A stretch of 64,000 bases of DNA from a virus (lineage: Duplodnaviria; Caudoviricetes). The translations under genes and the position numbers were made by a program. Under the pieces are notes generated by a model. The model ran no database searches, was not told where the DNA came from, and was given only the letters and a program-made list of their open reading frames with translations. The DNA is taken from IMG/VR virus record IMGVR_UViG_3300017722_005389; one strand, given 5' to 3'. Below, piece after piece: positions 9,335 to 18,857 of the stretch; the first letter of the stretch is position 1, and every line of letters starts with the position of its first letter.

Positions 9335-10174
9335 TCAATAAATTTCATCTAAGTCGATTCCGTGAGTTTCATACCACCATTCTTTTGACTTATTAGAATG
9401 TTTATCCTTTAATCTGTTATATCGTTCCAAAATTTTGTTTTGGCGTTCAATTTCATTATTAAAAAACTCATGTTCTAATACTTCTCTACACTTGTATATT
9501 TCACGAAGTATTTTACGTAAAACATAACCTTGTTTTAGATTAGAGGGTATATAACCACTTTCTATAATTTTTAGAGCCGTATCTTTGAGTGTTTCAACTT
9601 TATCTATTTTTTTACCATTGACAAACATTTCAAGTCTTTCAAGCCCAAATCCAACATCAATACAATTATCAAGTGGGTTGACAATATTACCAATTTCAAT
9701 ACCATCAACAAAAAATTCTGTACAATAACCTCCTATTTCACCATCGCTCCAATGACAGTTTTCATCGTCTACTATTACATCCTCAATGCCCAGTTGATTA
9801 TAATATCCAAGCCACTCTTTTCTGTCACTATGAATTGTAACATAATCGGGTGTAATACCTATTTTTTTTAAGAATGTAACCCAAAAGATAATAGTATCTT
9901 CAATAGACATCTCTCTGAATGAGAATAACCCAATCATATTAAAATAGAGCAAATGGGATAAATCGCCTATTTCTTCAAAGTCATTCATTCGAATACAAGC
10001 TTGAACATTTGAAACAGTATTTTTATATTCGCTATCTTTGAATTGACATTTGAATTTTTGCATTCCTGCAGGGCAAAACAAAGTTGTATTGTCATAAGGA
10101 TTTACTTTGTTTTCAATGCTAAAGAAGATATTTTTTTCTTCGCAAAATTTTTGGTATTCTTCAATAATATTCAT
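9335..10174 (-). CDS. alaS: truncated alanyl-tRNA synthetase (catalytic domain only)
   Basis: DNTTLFCPAGMQKFK, QACIRMND.E.IGD..HL.YFNMIG.FSF, IDVGFGLERL, GYVLRKILR; 279 aa, no editing or C-Ala domain. Confidence 0.9.
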   Translation of the reverse strand: MNIIEEYQKFCEEKNIFFSIENKVNPYDNTTLFCPAGMQKFKCQFKDSEYKNTVSNVQACIRMNDFEEIGDLSHLLYFNMIGLFSFREMSIEDTIIFWVTFLKKIGITPDYVTIHSDRKEWLGYYNQLGIEDVIVDDENCHWSDGEIGGYCTEFFVDGIEIGNIVNPLDNCIDVGFGLERLEMFVNGKKIDKVETLKDTALKIIESGYIPSNLKQGYVLRKILREIYKCREVLEHEFFNNEIERQNKILERYNRLKDKHSNKSKEWWYETHGIDLDEIY

Positions 10175-10273
10175 AAAATAAAATTTAATAAGTGAATTAA
10201 ATATTTGACCCTACAAAGATATGCAAAGCAATTCACATTTCCAAAAGAAATGCAAAATTATTTCAAAAGAATT

Positions 10274-10900
10274 TTAAATTCTTCCTCTGAAGTATTTAAG
10301 TTCCTCGTTATAGTTTATTTTCTTTCTAACGAAGTTTAAAATACTTTCCTTTGTAAGTTGCCCACTTGCATCACAAAGTGGATAATTTTGCGTTCTGATG
10401 ATTTCAGAAGCTGGATATGGGTTGCCTTGATGATTTATGAATGCTGGCAGAAACGTTGACATTTCCAACCTGATAAAACTATTAAGCTTGACACCAGAAA
10501 ACTTTTCATTTGCTTCCCAGATTGTTACAGCTGCTTTGGCTTGTTCAACATAATTCATTTGAAGCAACTCTTCTTTAGAAACCTTTAAAAGTTCTCTTGC
10601 GTGATCACCAAACATTATAAGTCCAGCAAAGCCACCACCATCAGCTTTTGGATCCATACCAGATTCACCCCACATTATAAGCAAACAGAATTTCCAATCC
10701 AATTTTCTGGCATCACCAAAAGATTTCAATACTTTGACAAACTCTTCCCTTTCAACATCAGGAACCTTGCAAAGCAACTCTTTGACATCTGAGTGTTCAA
10801 TTTCAATGGGAAGAGGTACCTTTATTGAATGCGCATAATTTTTTGGCGCAGCAGCGATCAATGTAATACATAAAAAAATAGAAGTAAAAATTGTTTTCAT
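10274..10900 (-). CDS. exported lytic transglycosylase (SLT-like)
   Basis: Signal peptide; IMWGESGMDPKA catalytic Glu motif and GLIMF motif. Confidence 0.7.
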   Translation of the reverse strand: MKTIFTSIFLCITLIAAAPKNYAHSIKVPLPIEIEHSDVKELLCKVPDVEREEFVKVLKSFGDARKLDWKFCLLIMWGESGMDPKADGGGFAGLIMFGDHARELLKVSKEELLQMNYVEQAKAAVTIWEANEKFSGVKLNSFIRLEMSTFLPAFINHQGNPYPASEIIRTQNYPLCDASGQLTKESILNFVRKKINYNEELKYFRGRI

Positions 10901-10998
10901 AATAAAATTGTTTTAAATAAAAAAACCCTTGGGCTCACTACTTCCCAAGGGCAATTCACTATTAAACTATAAGAACTTTTTCTTTGGGAACTTATGAG

Positions 10999-11151
10999 TT
11001 ATTCCCAGGAGCATTTTTGTTTTCGATTGTATTTTTTAGCGTTCTTATGGACTTTTTTAATCGCATAAAACCCATGCGGATGCTTCTCCAGATAGACTTC
11101 TCTTGCACCAGAACCGCAAGCTTTCTCAAGAATTTTATTTGATTTTTTCAT
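10999..11151 (-). CDS. small basic protein (50 aa, not in ORF track)
   Basis: MKKSNKILEKACGSGAREVYLEKHPHGFYAIKKVHKNAKKYNRKQKCSWE; hairpin CCCTTGGG/CCCAAGGG downstream. Confidence 0.55.
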   Translation of the reverse strand: MKKSNKILEKACGSGAREVYLEKHPHGFYAIKKVHKNAKKYNRKQKCSWE

Positions 11152-11186
11152 AAGTGGCTGTATATCATATTATAAATAGTATCCAA

Positions 11187-11690
11187 CTATATAAAAAGTG
11201 TATCACCAACTTTGGTGCCAGAAAATAATCTGGCTTCAGAAACTATAAATTTTCTAAATTGGGTGCTTTGCATATAGTTAAATCTGATGTCATCTTTTAT
11301 TTTTGTGAGGGGTCTTCTTGTGTCCTCTTTAGTAGATTCAGATATTTGTTCTTTGGATTCAAGGAACCCGAACAAGTACAACTTGTCATCCTTCTTTTGT
11401 AGTCCAACCCCGATATTTTCATAAGGGTCCTTCCAATTGGAGTCCTCAGAAGCTTTCTTAGGAAACATAATCTTCTGAAGAATTTCTTGTCTAGCTTCTT
11501 CATAAACCTGCTCTTCAAAAGAAAGGTTTGAAAGTGTATTGATGTCATGTCCAATGCATTCATAGACATTCTTCTTGATATCTATAAGGTATTGTGCTGA
11601 TTCTCCTTTGGAGTTGGTGTATTCCATACAGATGCATCTTACATCTTCGGTCAACTCATTCCAGCGATTTGAAACTTCTGTTACTTGCAT
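11187..11690 (-). CDS. hypothetical protein, homolog of 26952-27605
   Basis: Shared Y.N..GE...LI, Y.FGF and R..LTK.KD..R..M.S..FR.F motifs. Confidence 0.75.
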   Translation of the reverse strand: MQVTEVSNRWNELTEDVRCICMEYTNSKGESAQYLIDIKKNVYECIGHDINTLSNLSFEEQVYEEARQEILQKIMFPKKASEDSNWKDPYENIGVGLQKKDDKLYLFGFLESKEQISESTKEDTRRPLTKIKDDIRFNYMQSTQFRKFIVSEARLFSGTKVGDTLFI

Positions 11691-11803
11691 AATAAATATT
11701 TTAATTGCAAATGTACAACTTTATTTTTTAAAAAAGAAGGGTTCAAAGGAAAAAATTTTAATTTTCTTAAGAACCCTCCGAAAACTCAAAATTATACTAA
11801 TAC

Positions 11804-12121
11804 CTAAAGTACAAAACAAGGTACTGAAACTATATGTCCAGCTTCATTTCTTACAACAGCTGGATGTCCAGTTGCAGGTGCAAGACAATCAGTTCTCCCT
11901 TGAAGCTTTGCAGCTGTCAGAACCACTGCTGAAACTATAAAGAAAGTTCCCTCTGCTGAATCGGGCAGGTCTTGAACTGTCCCAAACACTTGGGAACAAA
12001 TTCCGTTTTCTATTTCAGAGAATGTCGCAGAAACTCTTGCAACAGTCCCAGATTTTACAAATACTGTCCCATCGTTGAAAACGATATCGTGTGGGGTGCA
12101 ATTGATGAATGTAGCAGTCAT
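11804..12121 (-). CDS. conserved phage hypothetical protein
   Basis: INCTPH.I...SG.VARV and IVS..V...R.D.L.P...VR..G.I pattern, recalled from phage proteins. Confidence 0.7.
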   Translation of the reverse strand: MTATFINCTPHDIVFNDGTVFVKSGTVARVSATFSEIENGICSQVFGTVQDLPDSAEGTFFIVSAVVLTAAKLQGRTDCLAPATGHPAVVRNEAGHIVSVPCFVL

Positions 12122-12304
12122 AGTAGTAAAGATTTAAATGTTAATAAAATTTTTCAATGCTGCTTTGCCTGCAATGGGTTTAGTGTGAAAAAATACGGGC
12201 TTTAGGGTTTCCCACTCCCTTTTTTTTTATTTTATAAACAAAATCCCGATTTTTTCTTTGACTTCTTTATATTCACGAAATAGTCTTTTTAGTTTTAAAA
12301 AATA

Positions 12305-12800
12305 AATTGGTGGCGTATTAATTATTTCACGCCTTAACTCCCAATATCTATCAATTAGTTTATCCATTCAATTTTCTTTTTGCTTCAAACAAATCAAACA
12401 TTTGCTCTCCAGTTAGCGATAATGTAATCCTGCAGCCATCTGTATGAGTGCCTGTTATTTCATCTTCCCTCTGCACTCAGTTGTAATACTAAATAATGCT
12501 TGTATTTCTACACACTATTCATTAGAAGGTTTTCGTTTTATACCTCATAGATTACAACTGCTCACCCTTGGGAACTGATTAACTTACATACTCAAGGTTG
12601 TCATCCTTGTACTGTTCCTGAAGACTTTACAGGTTTCACATTATGTAATTCATTCTGACTTGTGTAACAGTCTTATTAATCAGGTAGTTTCACATCTTAA
12701 TAAGACATTCACTACTTTAAGTGAGTTGTGGTGCATTAAAAAGAGCAGTTTGTCTACATGCTCAGATATACGCAGAATATCAATGCCTTTCTATGTTCTT
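12305..12800 (-). ncRNA. large structured ncRNA candidate (~500 nt)
   Basis: No ORF of 60 aa or more. Many helices: GGCGT/ACGCC, GAGTGC/GCACTC, CAGTTGTAAT/ATTACAACTG (12478-87/12551-60), TGTA-GAAA-TACA, CAAGG/CCTTG, CCTG/CAGG, GTCTTATTAA/TTAATAAGAC (12670-79/12697-706), GAGCA/TGCTC. Strand inferred from neighbours and the GAAA loop. Confidence 0.55.
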
Positions 12801-12911
12801 TAATAAATTATTGCGCATTAAAATTGCAGAACCTAATCTTTCAATTTTAGTGTGAAAAAAAAGGGGGCAAATGCCAAAGGGAAATCGCCCCCCACTTCAC
12901 TAATTAAAACA

Positions 12912-13238
12912 CTATATGGATGGAACTAAATTGCTTTTTAATACCTCTTGGATTCTTTCAACAACTTCCTTAGAATTTCCTCCAACATTCCAATGGGTTA
13001 TTTTTGTTTTGGCTGTACCCTCTCTGCCAAGATAATTTTTGCCGTTCTTCCAATTATAGATGGTGGCAACAGTACCATCTTCGAATTGAATATACCATTC
13101 AGCATCGGTCTTATATCCCTCGTCTGATTGTGGTTTTCCGAAAATCTTTTTAAGTAAGCTGTACTCCGCATCAATGTAACCTTGAAAATGAGTTCCATTG
13201 ACATCAATGTTTGACTTATTGTGTGTTACGAATTTCAT
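12912..13238 (-). CDS. conserved phage hypothetical protein
   Basis: GTHFQGYI...FGKP...KTDAEW...ATIYNWK...WNVGG. Confidence 0.75.
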   Translation of the reverse strand: MKFVTHNKSNIDVNGTHFQGYIDAEYSLLKKIFGKPQSDEGYKTDAEWYIQFEDGTVATIYNWKNGKNYLGREGTAKTKITHWNVGGNSKEVVERIQEVLKSNLVPSI

Positions 13239-13377
13239 AAGAAAATAAAATTTAATAGTGAGTGAATTAAACGACCTTACAAAGATACAACTTACATTTG
13301 GCATTTCAAAATTTTTCTTTAGAAAAAAACAAGGGCTTCAAAACTTTTTTTGCTTTCTAATGAAGCCCTTGTATATT

Positions 13378-13848
13378 TTACCAAGAAGAATGGTATTCAA
13401 AAGAAACTTCATAGTCATTCTCAAAGACACCCTCTATAGCTTCTGAAAGCATTTTTATTGTGTCTGCAACATCTTCGTAATAGTACGCTTTATACTCTGT
13501 ATCACCGAAGAAGAAACCTGCGTGTGTGGGCAAATTTTCCTGACTGAAAGCATTATCTTTCTTTTCTAACACTTGCTCACAAAGGGCAATAAGTTTTTTT
13601 AGTTGGGTAATGGTTACTTCGTAAACTCCACAATCATCTTCGCCATCTTGAACGTTATCTACGAACCATTTGTGGATATGGTTTGCTTTGCGCCAGTATG
13701 CAGCACTTTCATGAATTTCCGAAATCATTTTTGGTTTAATGTTAATGACATTGCCATTAACTTTGATTTCAACAGAAGCTTCAACATTACGGTGGTCATA
13801 ATGCGCACCGATGTAAATCTTCTTTGTCAGATACATATCAAGTCCCAT
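13378..13848 (-). CDS. conserved phage protein (MGLDMYL family)
   Basis: MGLDMYL start, YWRKANHIH.WF, GFFFG and Y.SSW end. Confidence 0.8.
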   Translation of the reverse strand: MGLDMYLTKKIYIGAHYDHRNVEASVEIKVNGNVINIKPKMISEIHESAAYWRKANHIHKWFVDNVQDGEDDCGVYEVTITQLKKLIALCEQVLEKKDNAFSQENLPTHAGFFFGDTEYKAYYYEDVADTIKMLSEAIEGVFENDYEVSFEYHSSW

Positions 13849-13890
13849 AATCTTTAAAGTTTTAAAATAGTGAATAAAATAATTGTACAA

Positions 13891-13943
13891 CAAAATTACA
13901 AAAGAAAGTTGACATTTCCAAGAGAAGCATCAACTTTCTTTTG
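13891..13943 (-). promoter_or_regulatory. 45-bp hairpin/promoter cassette boundary element
   Basis: Same 14-bp IR as at 6314; -7 TAATTTTG. Confidence 0.75.
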
Positions 13944-13956
13944 AAATAATTAAAAT

Positions 13957-14121
13957 TTAACAATCCATATCATTTACTTGGTTTCTAAAATACTCTGTGA
14001 TGTCTATTAAGGCATCCACCAATTCTTCTTCAGACATCAATGCGAATTCTTTCGCATCTTCAACTGTTTCGATTTCGTCTGAAGAAAAATCAAAAATTGC
14101 TTCAATAAGTTTCTTTCTCAT
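13957..14121 (-). CDS. small acidic protein (54 aa)
   Basis: MRKKLIEAIFDFSSDEIET...; own promoter upstream. Confidence 0.6.
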   Translation of the reverse strand: MRKKLIEAIFDFSSDEIETVEDAKEFALMSEEELVDALIDITEYFRNQVNDMDC

Positions 14122-14212
14122 AATAAAGTTTTAAAATAGTGAATGAAATAAAATAATTGTCCTACAAAAATAGAAAATACTTTTGGCATTTCCAAATTTT
14201 CTTTTGAAAGAA

Positions 14213-14485
14213 TTACAAATAATATTCAGTAATCAAATTGGTAGCGGTTTCTTCTATGTAAATATCGCTCATTGTATCTGTTGTATTGTACCAATAGTCA
14301 TCATCATCGGTTTTGAGAAACCCTTGCACTATATCATTGTTATAGATTTCAGTAGCAATCTGTTCAATTGCTTCAACTGAAGCAATATTATCTAACGGCA
14401 TTTCTTGATTAGATCTTGTAACTCTAATTCTTTCCCAGGTTCTTGCAACATGAACCAATACATAATTGAAAATTGTCCTATTCAT
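14213..14485 (-). CDS. hypothetical protein
   Basis: Start at MNRTIF. Confidence 0.6.
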   Translation of the reverse strand: MNRTIFNYVLVHVARTWERIRVTRSNQEMPLDNIASVEAIEQIATEIYNNDIVQGFLKTDDDDYWYNTTDTMSDIYIEETATNLITEYYL

Positions 14486-14615
14486 AAATTTGGATTTTTG
14501 CAGGTTTATAACCATAGTTCATTACTATCAAGCCAATTTCATTGTCAGCTTCCTTTTCAGTCAAAGGAACTCTGTTCAACTTGATGTTCTTATAAAACAA
14601 ATTAAATGTTTTCAT
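14478..14615 (-). pseudogene. small gene with premature in-frame TAA
   Basis: MKNI*LFYKNIKLNRVPLTEKEADNEIGLIVMNYGYKPAKIQIYE*; ATG overlaps the upstream TGA and the stop overlaps the next ATG. Confidence 0.45.
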
Positions 14616-14878
14616 ACAGTATTTATTCTTATGAGTTCTGTTTTAATAACAGAAGCAAGGTTATTAAGTTGTAAGACAACATCTAAAGGGTAATATTTAT
14701 AAACGGCTTCACAAGATAAGGTTTCAAAAACATCGCCACTATAAATTTTTTCTTCTAATTCGTAATCTGTATCGACATACATTTCTCTCCCCTCTAAGAG
14801 TTTAATAACTCCTTCCAACAATACATCTTTTGGAATTTCTGTTATTGAAATAACAGAAAAGCTTTCATTGGTAAACAT
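14612..14878 (-). CDS. hypothetical protein
   Basis: 88 aa with cassette leader. Confidence 0.65.
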   Translation of the reverse strand: MFTNESFSVISITEIPKDVLLEGVIKLLEGREMYVDTDYELEEKIYSGDVFETLSCEAVYKYYPLDVVLQLNNLASVIKTELIRINTV

Positions 14879-14973
14879 AATAGTATAATTTAATAGTGAA
14901 ATAAATATAATGTAAAATTACAAAAGAAATCTCGAACTTCCAAATGAAATCCAAGATTTCTTTTGAAATAATT

Positions 14974-15183
14974 TTAATTGTTTTCTATGGTATCTAAGTA
15001 AATCATTTCATTGTTGACACAAATATATTCTCTGTTATCGTTTCCAGTATCTGTGTACACCATTATATATCCAACTGGTGTTCCATTGAGAAACAATATA
15101 ATATCTTCATTATTCTCGTCCAAGTAAGACAGCTGGGCATAGCTTGTGAAATCAAGTGTCAATTCATCTGTGTAAAATTCCAT
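14974..15183 (-). CDS. acidic hypothetical protein
   Basis: 69 aa. Confidence 0.65.
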   Translation of the reverse strand: MEFYTDELTLDFTSYAQLSYLDENNEDIILFLNGTPVGYIMVYTDTGNDNREYICVNNEMIYLDTIENN

Positions 15184-15210
15184 AAGTATGATGTTTAATA
15201 GTGAGAAAAT

Positions 15211-15507
15211 TTATTGAAACTCGTAACCAACTTCGGTTACATAAAAATTAGAACCATCGAGGTTGTCATTTCTCATCTTTAACATATATATGTCAAAGTA
15301 TCCAAAGGTACTTTCCTTTTCGCTGTTGAACATTATGTTCCAATCAGTTATAGTATTTGTCTCGTCATCCTCGTTGACGATTTCAGCTTCAATTTTTTCA
15401 TCAAAGGCTTTTGACAAACTTTCTGTCAATGTTTTCATATTAAACCTTTGACCAACCAAAGATTCTAAAAAGTCTGCAATTTCTTTTTGCTTTTGAGTGA
15501 GAGCCAT
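15211..15507 (-). CDS. hypothetical protein
   Basis: Start at MALTQK after the leader. Confidence 0.65.
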   Translation of the reverse strand: MALTQKQKEIADFLESLVGQRFNMKTLTESLSKAFDEKIEAEIVNEDDETNTITDWNIMFNSEKESTFGYFDIYMLKMRNDNLDGSNFYVTEVGYEFQ

Positions 15508-15565
15508 AGTGATAATGTTTAATAGTGATTTAAAAATAAGAGCGTAAGCGATTAAAATTGTCCAA

Positions 15566-15618
15566 CAAAAATACAAAAGAAAGTTGACATTTCCAAGAGA
15601 AGCATCAACTTTCTTTTG
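15566..15618 (-). promoter_or_regulatory. 45-bp hairpin/promoter cassette boundary element
   Basis: Same IR as at 6314 and 13899. Confidence 0.75.
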
Positions 15619-15625
15619 AAATAAT

Positions 15626-15799
15626 TTATTTTTCTTTCAAATCTTCATAGGTGGTTATTGAAGCAGTTACTCTTTCTATAAATAAATCTGCCCATTGGTT
15701 ATCGTCCATCATGCCGATACCTTTTTGGTTTTGGTAATCTGCTAAGTCCTGCTGGATGTCATCAAGAATAGCTTTTAGCGTTTCAAAATTCATGTTCAT
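15626..15799 (-). CDS. small hypothetical protein (57 aa)
   Basis: MNMNFETLKAILDDIQQ...; conserved leader. Confidence 0.55.
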   Translation of the reverse strand: MNMNFETLKAILDDIQQDLADYQNQKGIGMMDDNQWADLFIERVTASITTYEDLKEK

Positions 15800-15832
15800 A
15801 ATGTAAAATTTTATTAGTGAGTGAAATAATAT

Positions 15833-16069
15833 TTATTCTTCGTTAAACTCTGCATTATGCTCACAATCCGCATAAAAAAGGTCGGGACAATCAGATATTT
15901 CTAATGTGTGTTTGCAATACGCACACTCAATTTCATTGTCCATTATATCGTGTAATAGAACCTCCCCACAATTCCCACACGTTACAATGTTAATATTTGC
16001 TAACGCTATAACTCTTTTTGATAGTTCAATTTGTTTTTCAACTAATTGTCTTTTTGTTACTTTTGTCAT
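15833..16069 (-). CDS. zinc-ribbon protein
   Basis: CGNC...CAYC...DCPD. Confidence 0.65.
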   Translation of the reverse strand: MTKVTKRQLVEKQIELSKRVIALANINIVTCGNCGEVLLHDIMDNEIECAYCKHTLEISDCPDLFYADCEHNAEFNEE

Positions 16070-16153
16070 AATTTTTAAAGTTTTATTAGTGAATAAAATA
16101 ATGTCCAACAAAAATAGAAAATACTTTTGGCATTTCAAAATTTATTTCCAACT

Positions 16154-16414
16154 TTATTTTGAAAGAATTAAATTTTTTATAGTCCCACTTCCAATGACAT
16201 AAACGAATAAATCTTCAATGATCGTTTCTTCATCGGTCTCTGTCCTATTCAAGAGAATGAAATTGTTATCATCATCTTGATAGATGAAAGTTCCCTCTGT
16301 ATCGCCATCGCTTTTCACAGACCAGACTGGGTTTCCTCCCCAGTTTGCTGAAGATCTCTGGACAACTCTTTTATAATGTTTGTCCAAGAACTTCTGTACG
16401 TTTTTGTGTAACAT
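16154..16414 (-). CDS. hypothetical protein
   Basis: 86 aa. Confidence 0.6.
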   Translation of the reverse strand: MLHKNVQKFLDKHYKRVVQRSSANWGGNPVWSVKSDGDTEGTFIYQDDDNNFILLNRTETDEETIIEDLFVYVIGSGTIKNLILSK

Positions 16415-16722
16415 AGTTTTAAGTTTAATAGTGAAATAAAATGTCCAAATTCAAATTGAACTTTCTTTTGAAATAATTTTTTAGTACAAATAAACTTTAG
16501 TTCCTCGCAGAATTTCTCTGCCACTTTCAATAATAAACAGTTTTGCTTCTTTTAAAGATTTTGCTTTAATCTCTTGTGTGCAAAATGAATCATTAGTGTT
16601 TGCTTTGCGTGTCCAAGCTTTGTAAGTTTTCATAATATTAGTTTTATTTGTGAATAATAAGTATAAAGATAAAAAAGAAAGTTGACATTTCCAAGAGAAG
16701 CATCAACTTTCTTTTGAAATAA

Positions 16723-16998
16723 TTACAACCAAGTTTTTTTAGTTATTTTCTTTTTTCCATCTACTAATTCCCATCTTTCAAACCACTGACCCCATTCACC
16801 CCTGCGAGACCTTGTAATTTCTACAGTATTATCCGTAGCATTGTCCAATAGTCTTTGCAGACTTTTCTTTAGGCTTTCATAAGTGTTAAAATGCCCTTGA
16901 GCTAAATGCTCTCCATAAGTTGAGTAATAATATATTAACCCAAGTCTTTCAGCAATATTTCTATTGCTTACTTTCAAACATACATAAGGTTGTCTCAT
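16723..16998 (-). CDS. hypothetical protein
   Basis: 91 aa in a cassette. Confidence 0.65.
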   Translation of the reverse strand: MRQPYVCLKVSNRNIAERLGLIYYYSTYGEHLAQGHFNTYESLKKSLQRLLDNATDNTVEITRSRRGEWGQWFERWELVDGKKKITKKTWL

Positions 16999-17155
16999 AT
17001 CTATATAATTTAATAGCGATTAAATTGTCCTACAAAAATAGTAAACACTTTTGGCATTTCCAAATTTTCTTTTGAAATAATTTCAGTTTCAAAAGATTTT
17101 TTTTGGTGCCCCTGGATCGATCTCCAGGGGCATTGTCCAAAATCTTACATTGCCC

Positions 17156-18082
17156 TTACATTGCCACCGACATTGCATCGTACATTGCCTTAGTCACAAT
17201 GAAGCTATTGTCCGACTGATTTTTAGGAACTTTTTTCAAGTTCAACCCTAAGACTTGTTTTTCTTGCAAGAACGTCAAATCTGTTTCATCGCCATTTGCG
17301 ACATCGTAACCTAAAAACGTTTCGGGGAATTGACCACCAAAAGAAGCTAAGTCAAAGACTACAGCTATTTTTTGTCCAATTGACAATGCATACATAGCTG
17401 TAGCTATATTGTTATGCTCATTGGTATTTGCATAGCTGAATGTAACATCATAATTGCTATGCTCATTGGCATTGTCCAATTGCTTTTGCATCTTAGTATA
17501 GTCATAGAATTGAACATCTGAATGAATGTCCAATAATGACTGGCTATCAGTTTTAAACAAGTTAATGTTCAAATCTGATGTACCATTCAAACGAACAGCA
17601 AAGTTCTTATTTTGTGATGCAGACAAAAACTTTGCAGCACTAATTTCGGCATTAAGCCAATCCATAAAAAAGTTTCGGTTAAAAAAGAATAACCAAGTTT
17701 TTTTCAGTCTTGCCCAAGTTATTTGGTTAATAACTTGTCCTTCAGTTAACATCATTGCCCTACCTGATTCAACAAGACAAGCTTGTTTGCAGCCTGATGT
17801 AGCTTGCGGACAAATATTGAAACCTGACATATCTGCTGCTGCAAGATACATTACTAAGGTATTGTAATCTTTTTTCTCGCCTTTGACAATCTTAGCTGAA
17901 CTATTTACGCCAGCAAGATACGACAAACCTGTCATTTTTGTAGCCTTTGAACGGTTGACAAATTTTTTGCTTTCAACGTTTCGAAGCATTGTAATTACTT
18001 CTTTCATTTTTGAAAGATAGTCTGACTTAGATGCAGACACTTCTGCTACAGCACCTGCAATTTTTTTAAGGAAAGCTTTCAT
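17156..18082 (-). CDS. GP88-like protein (Cys-cluster, radical-SAM-like)
   Basis: CPQATSGCKQACL..GR, VRLNGTSD, QFYDYTK, NGDETDL motifs. Confidence 0.75.
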   Translation of the reverse strand: MKAFLKKIAGAVAEVSASKSDYLSKMKEVITMLRNVESKKFVNRSKATKMTGLSYLAGVNSSAKIVKGEKKDYNTLVMYLAAADMSGFNICPQATSGCKQACLVESGRAMMLTEGQVINQITWARLKKTWLFFFNRNFFMDWLNAEISAAKFLSASQNKNFAVRLNGTSDLNINLFKTDSQSLLDIHSDVQFYDYTKMQKQLDNANEHSNYDVTFSYANTNEHNNIATAMYALSIGQKIAVVFDLASFGGQFPETFLGYDVANGDETDLTFLQEKQVLGLNLKKVPKNQSDNSFIVTKAMYDAMSVAM

Positions 18083-18164
18083 AGTGTATGAAATTTAATA
18101 GTGAAACAATAATAAGTACAAAGATAGTAAAAGATATTAGAACTACAAATAATTTCAAAAGAAA

Positions 18165-18470
18165 ATTTAAAATATTTTTTGTAGTCGTAACTACCTTTGC
18201 AAATATCTTGAGACAAAGATATAACAAGTTTTTCAAATAAAAAAATTTATTTTTACCTCAAAAGAACTTTTTTAATTTCCAAATTTTTTAACAATTTTAA
18301 CTAAAAAAAATTCTGGCATTGTAATATACGAAAACACGCTGGCAACGAAATATACGAAGATTTCAATCTGTTGCAGGTCTGGATTAATCCTACCTTCGAA
18401 CTTCGTCTCAGAGATATGCACTATCAATTAGCTGTTACAAAAGTATGCATAATAGCTGGCATTACAAAAT
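18165..18470 (-). repeat. ~310-bp direct repeat copy A (copy B at 23172-23530)
   Basis: Shared GTAACTACCTTTGCAAATATCTTGAGACAAAGATATAACAAG ... GGATTAATCCTACCTTCGAA ... CTATCAATTAGCT; own promoter at the right end. Confidence 0.85.
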
Positions 18471-18499
18471 ATTTTTAGTTAAATTTTTAAATTATTTTA

Positions 18500-18640
18500 A
18501 AATAATTTTCAAAGGAAAGATCTTTGTTTCTTTTGAACCCAGATTTGCCTCTATTCGCTTAAAATTTGCCATCTGAGACACTTTCACTCCAGTCTGGATT
18601 AATACCTCGATCCAAATGTAAAAACGTCTCAGATCGAATA
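18500..18640. repeat. ~140-bp repeat with ATCTGAGAC/GTCTCAGAT inverted arms (second copy ~19138-19300)
   Basis: Both copies start TTTTCAAA.GAAA.ATCTTTGTTTCTTTTGAACCCAG and carry GCCATCTGAGAC...GTCT(C/T)AGATCGAA. Confidence 0.7.
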
Positions 18641-18690
18641 TACGACAAGCTGGTATAAGGAATAAAAAAACCCCTTTCGGGGTTCAGAAG

Positions 18691-18843
18691 TTATTTTGAT
18701 ATCTTTATTTGTCTGTCATAAAGATAATCTTTATAAACAGCATATACATTGTAATCTTGCTCTTCTCTAACGAAGATTAACTTTTCATCTTCAGCTGGTG
18801 TGTAAGATTTTAAAACTTGCTTTGAACTCTTTTTCATAAACAT
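18691..18843 (-). CDS. small hypothetical protein
   Basis: MFMKKSSKQVLKSY...; followed by a CCCCTTTCGGGG terminator. Confidence 0.5.
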   Translation of the reverse strand: MFMKKSSKQVLKSYTPAEDEKLIFVREEQDYNVYAVYKDYLYDRQIKISK

Positions 18844-18857
18844 AATTTTTAAAGTTA

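Noticed and set aside
12305-12800. rRNA fragment or group I/II intron
   Set aside because: No recognisable rRNA motifs, P7 or domain V sequences, and it does not interrupt a gene; left as an unassigned ncRNA candidate
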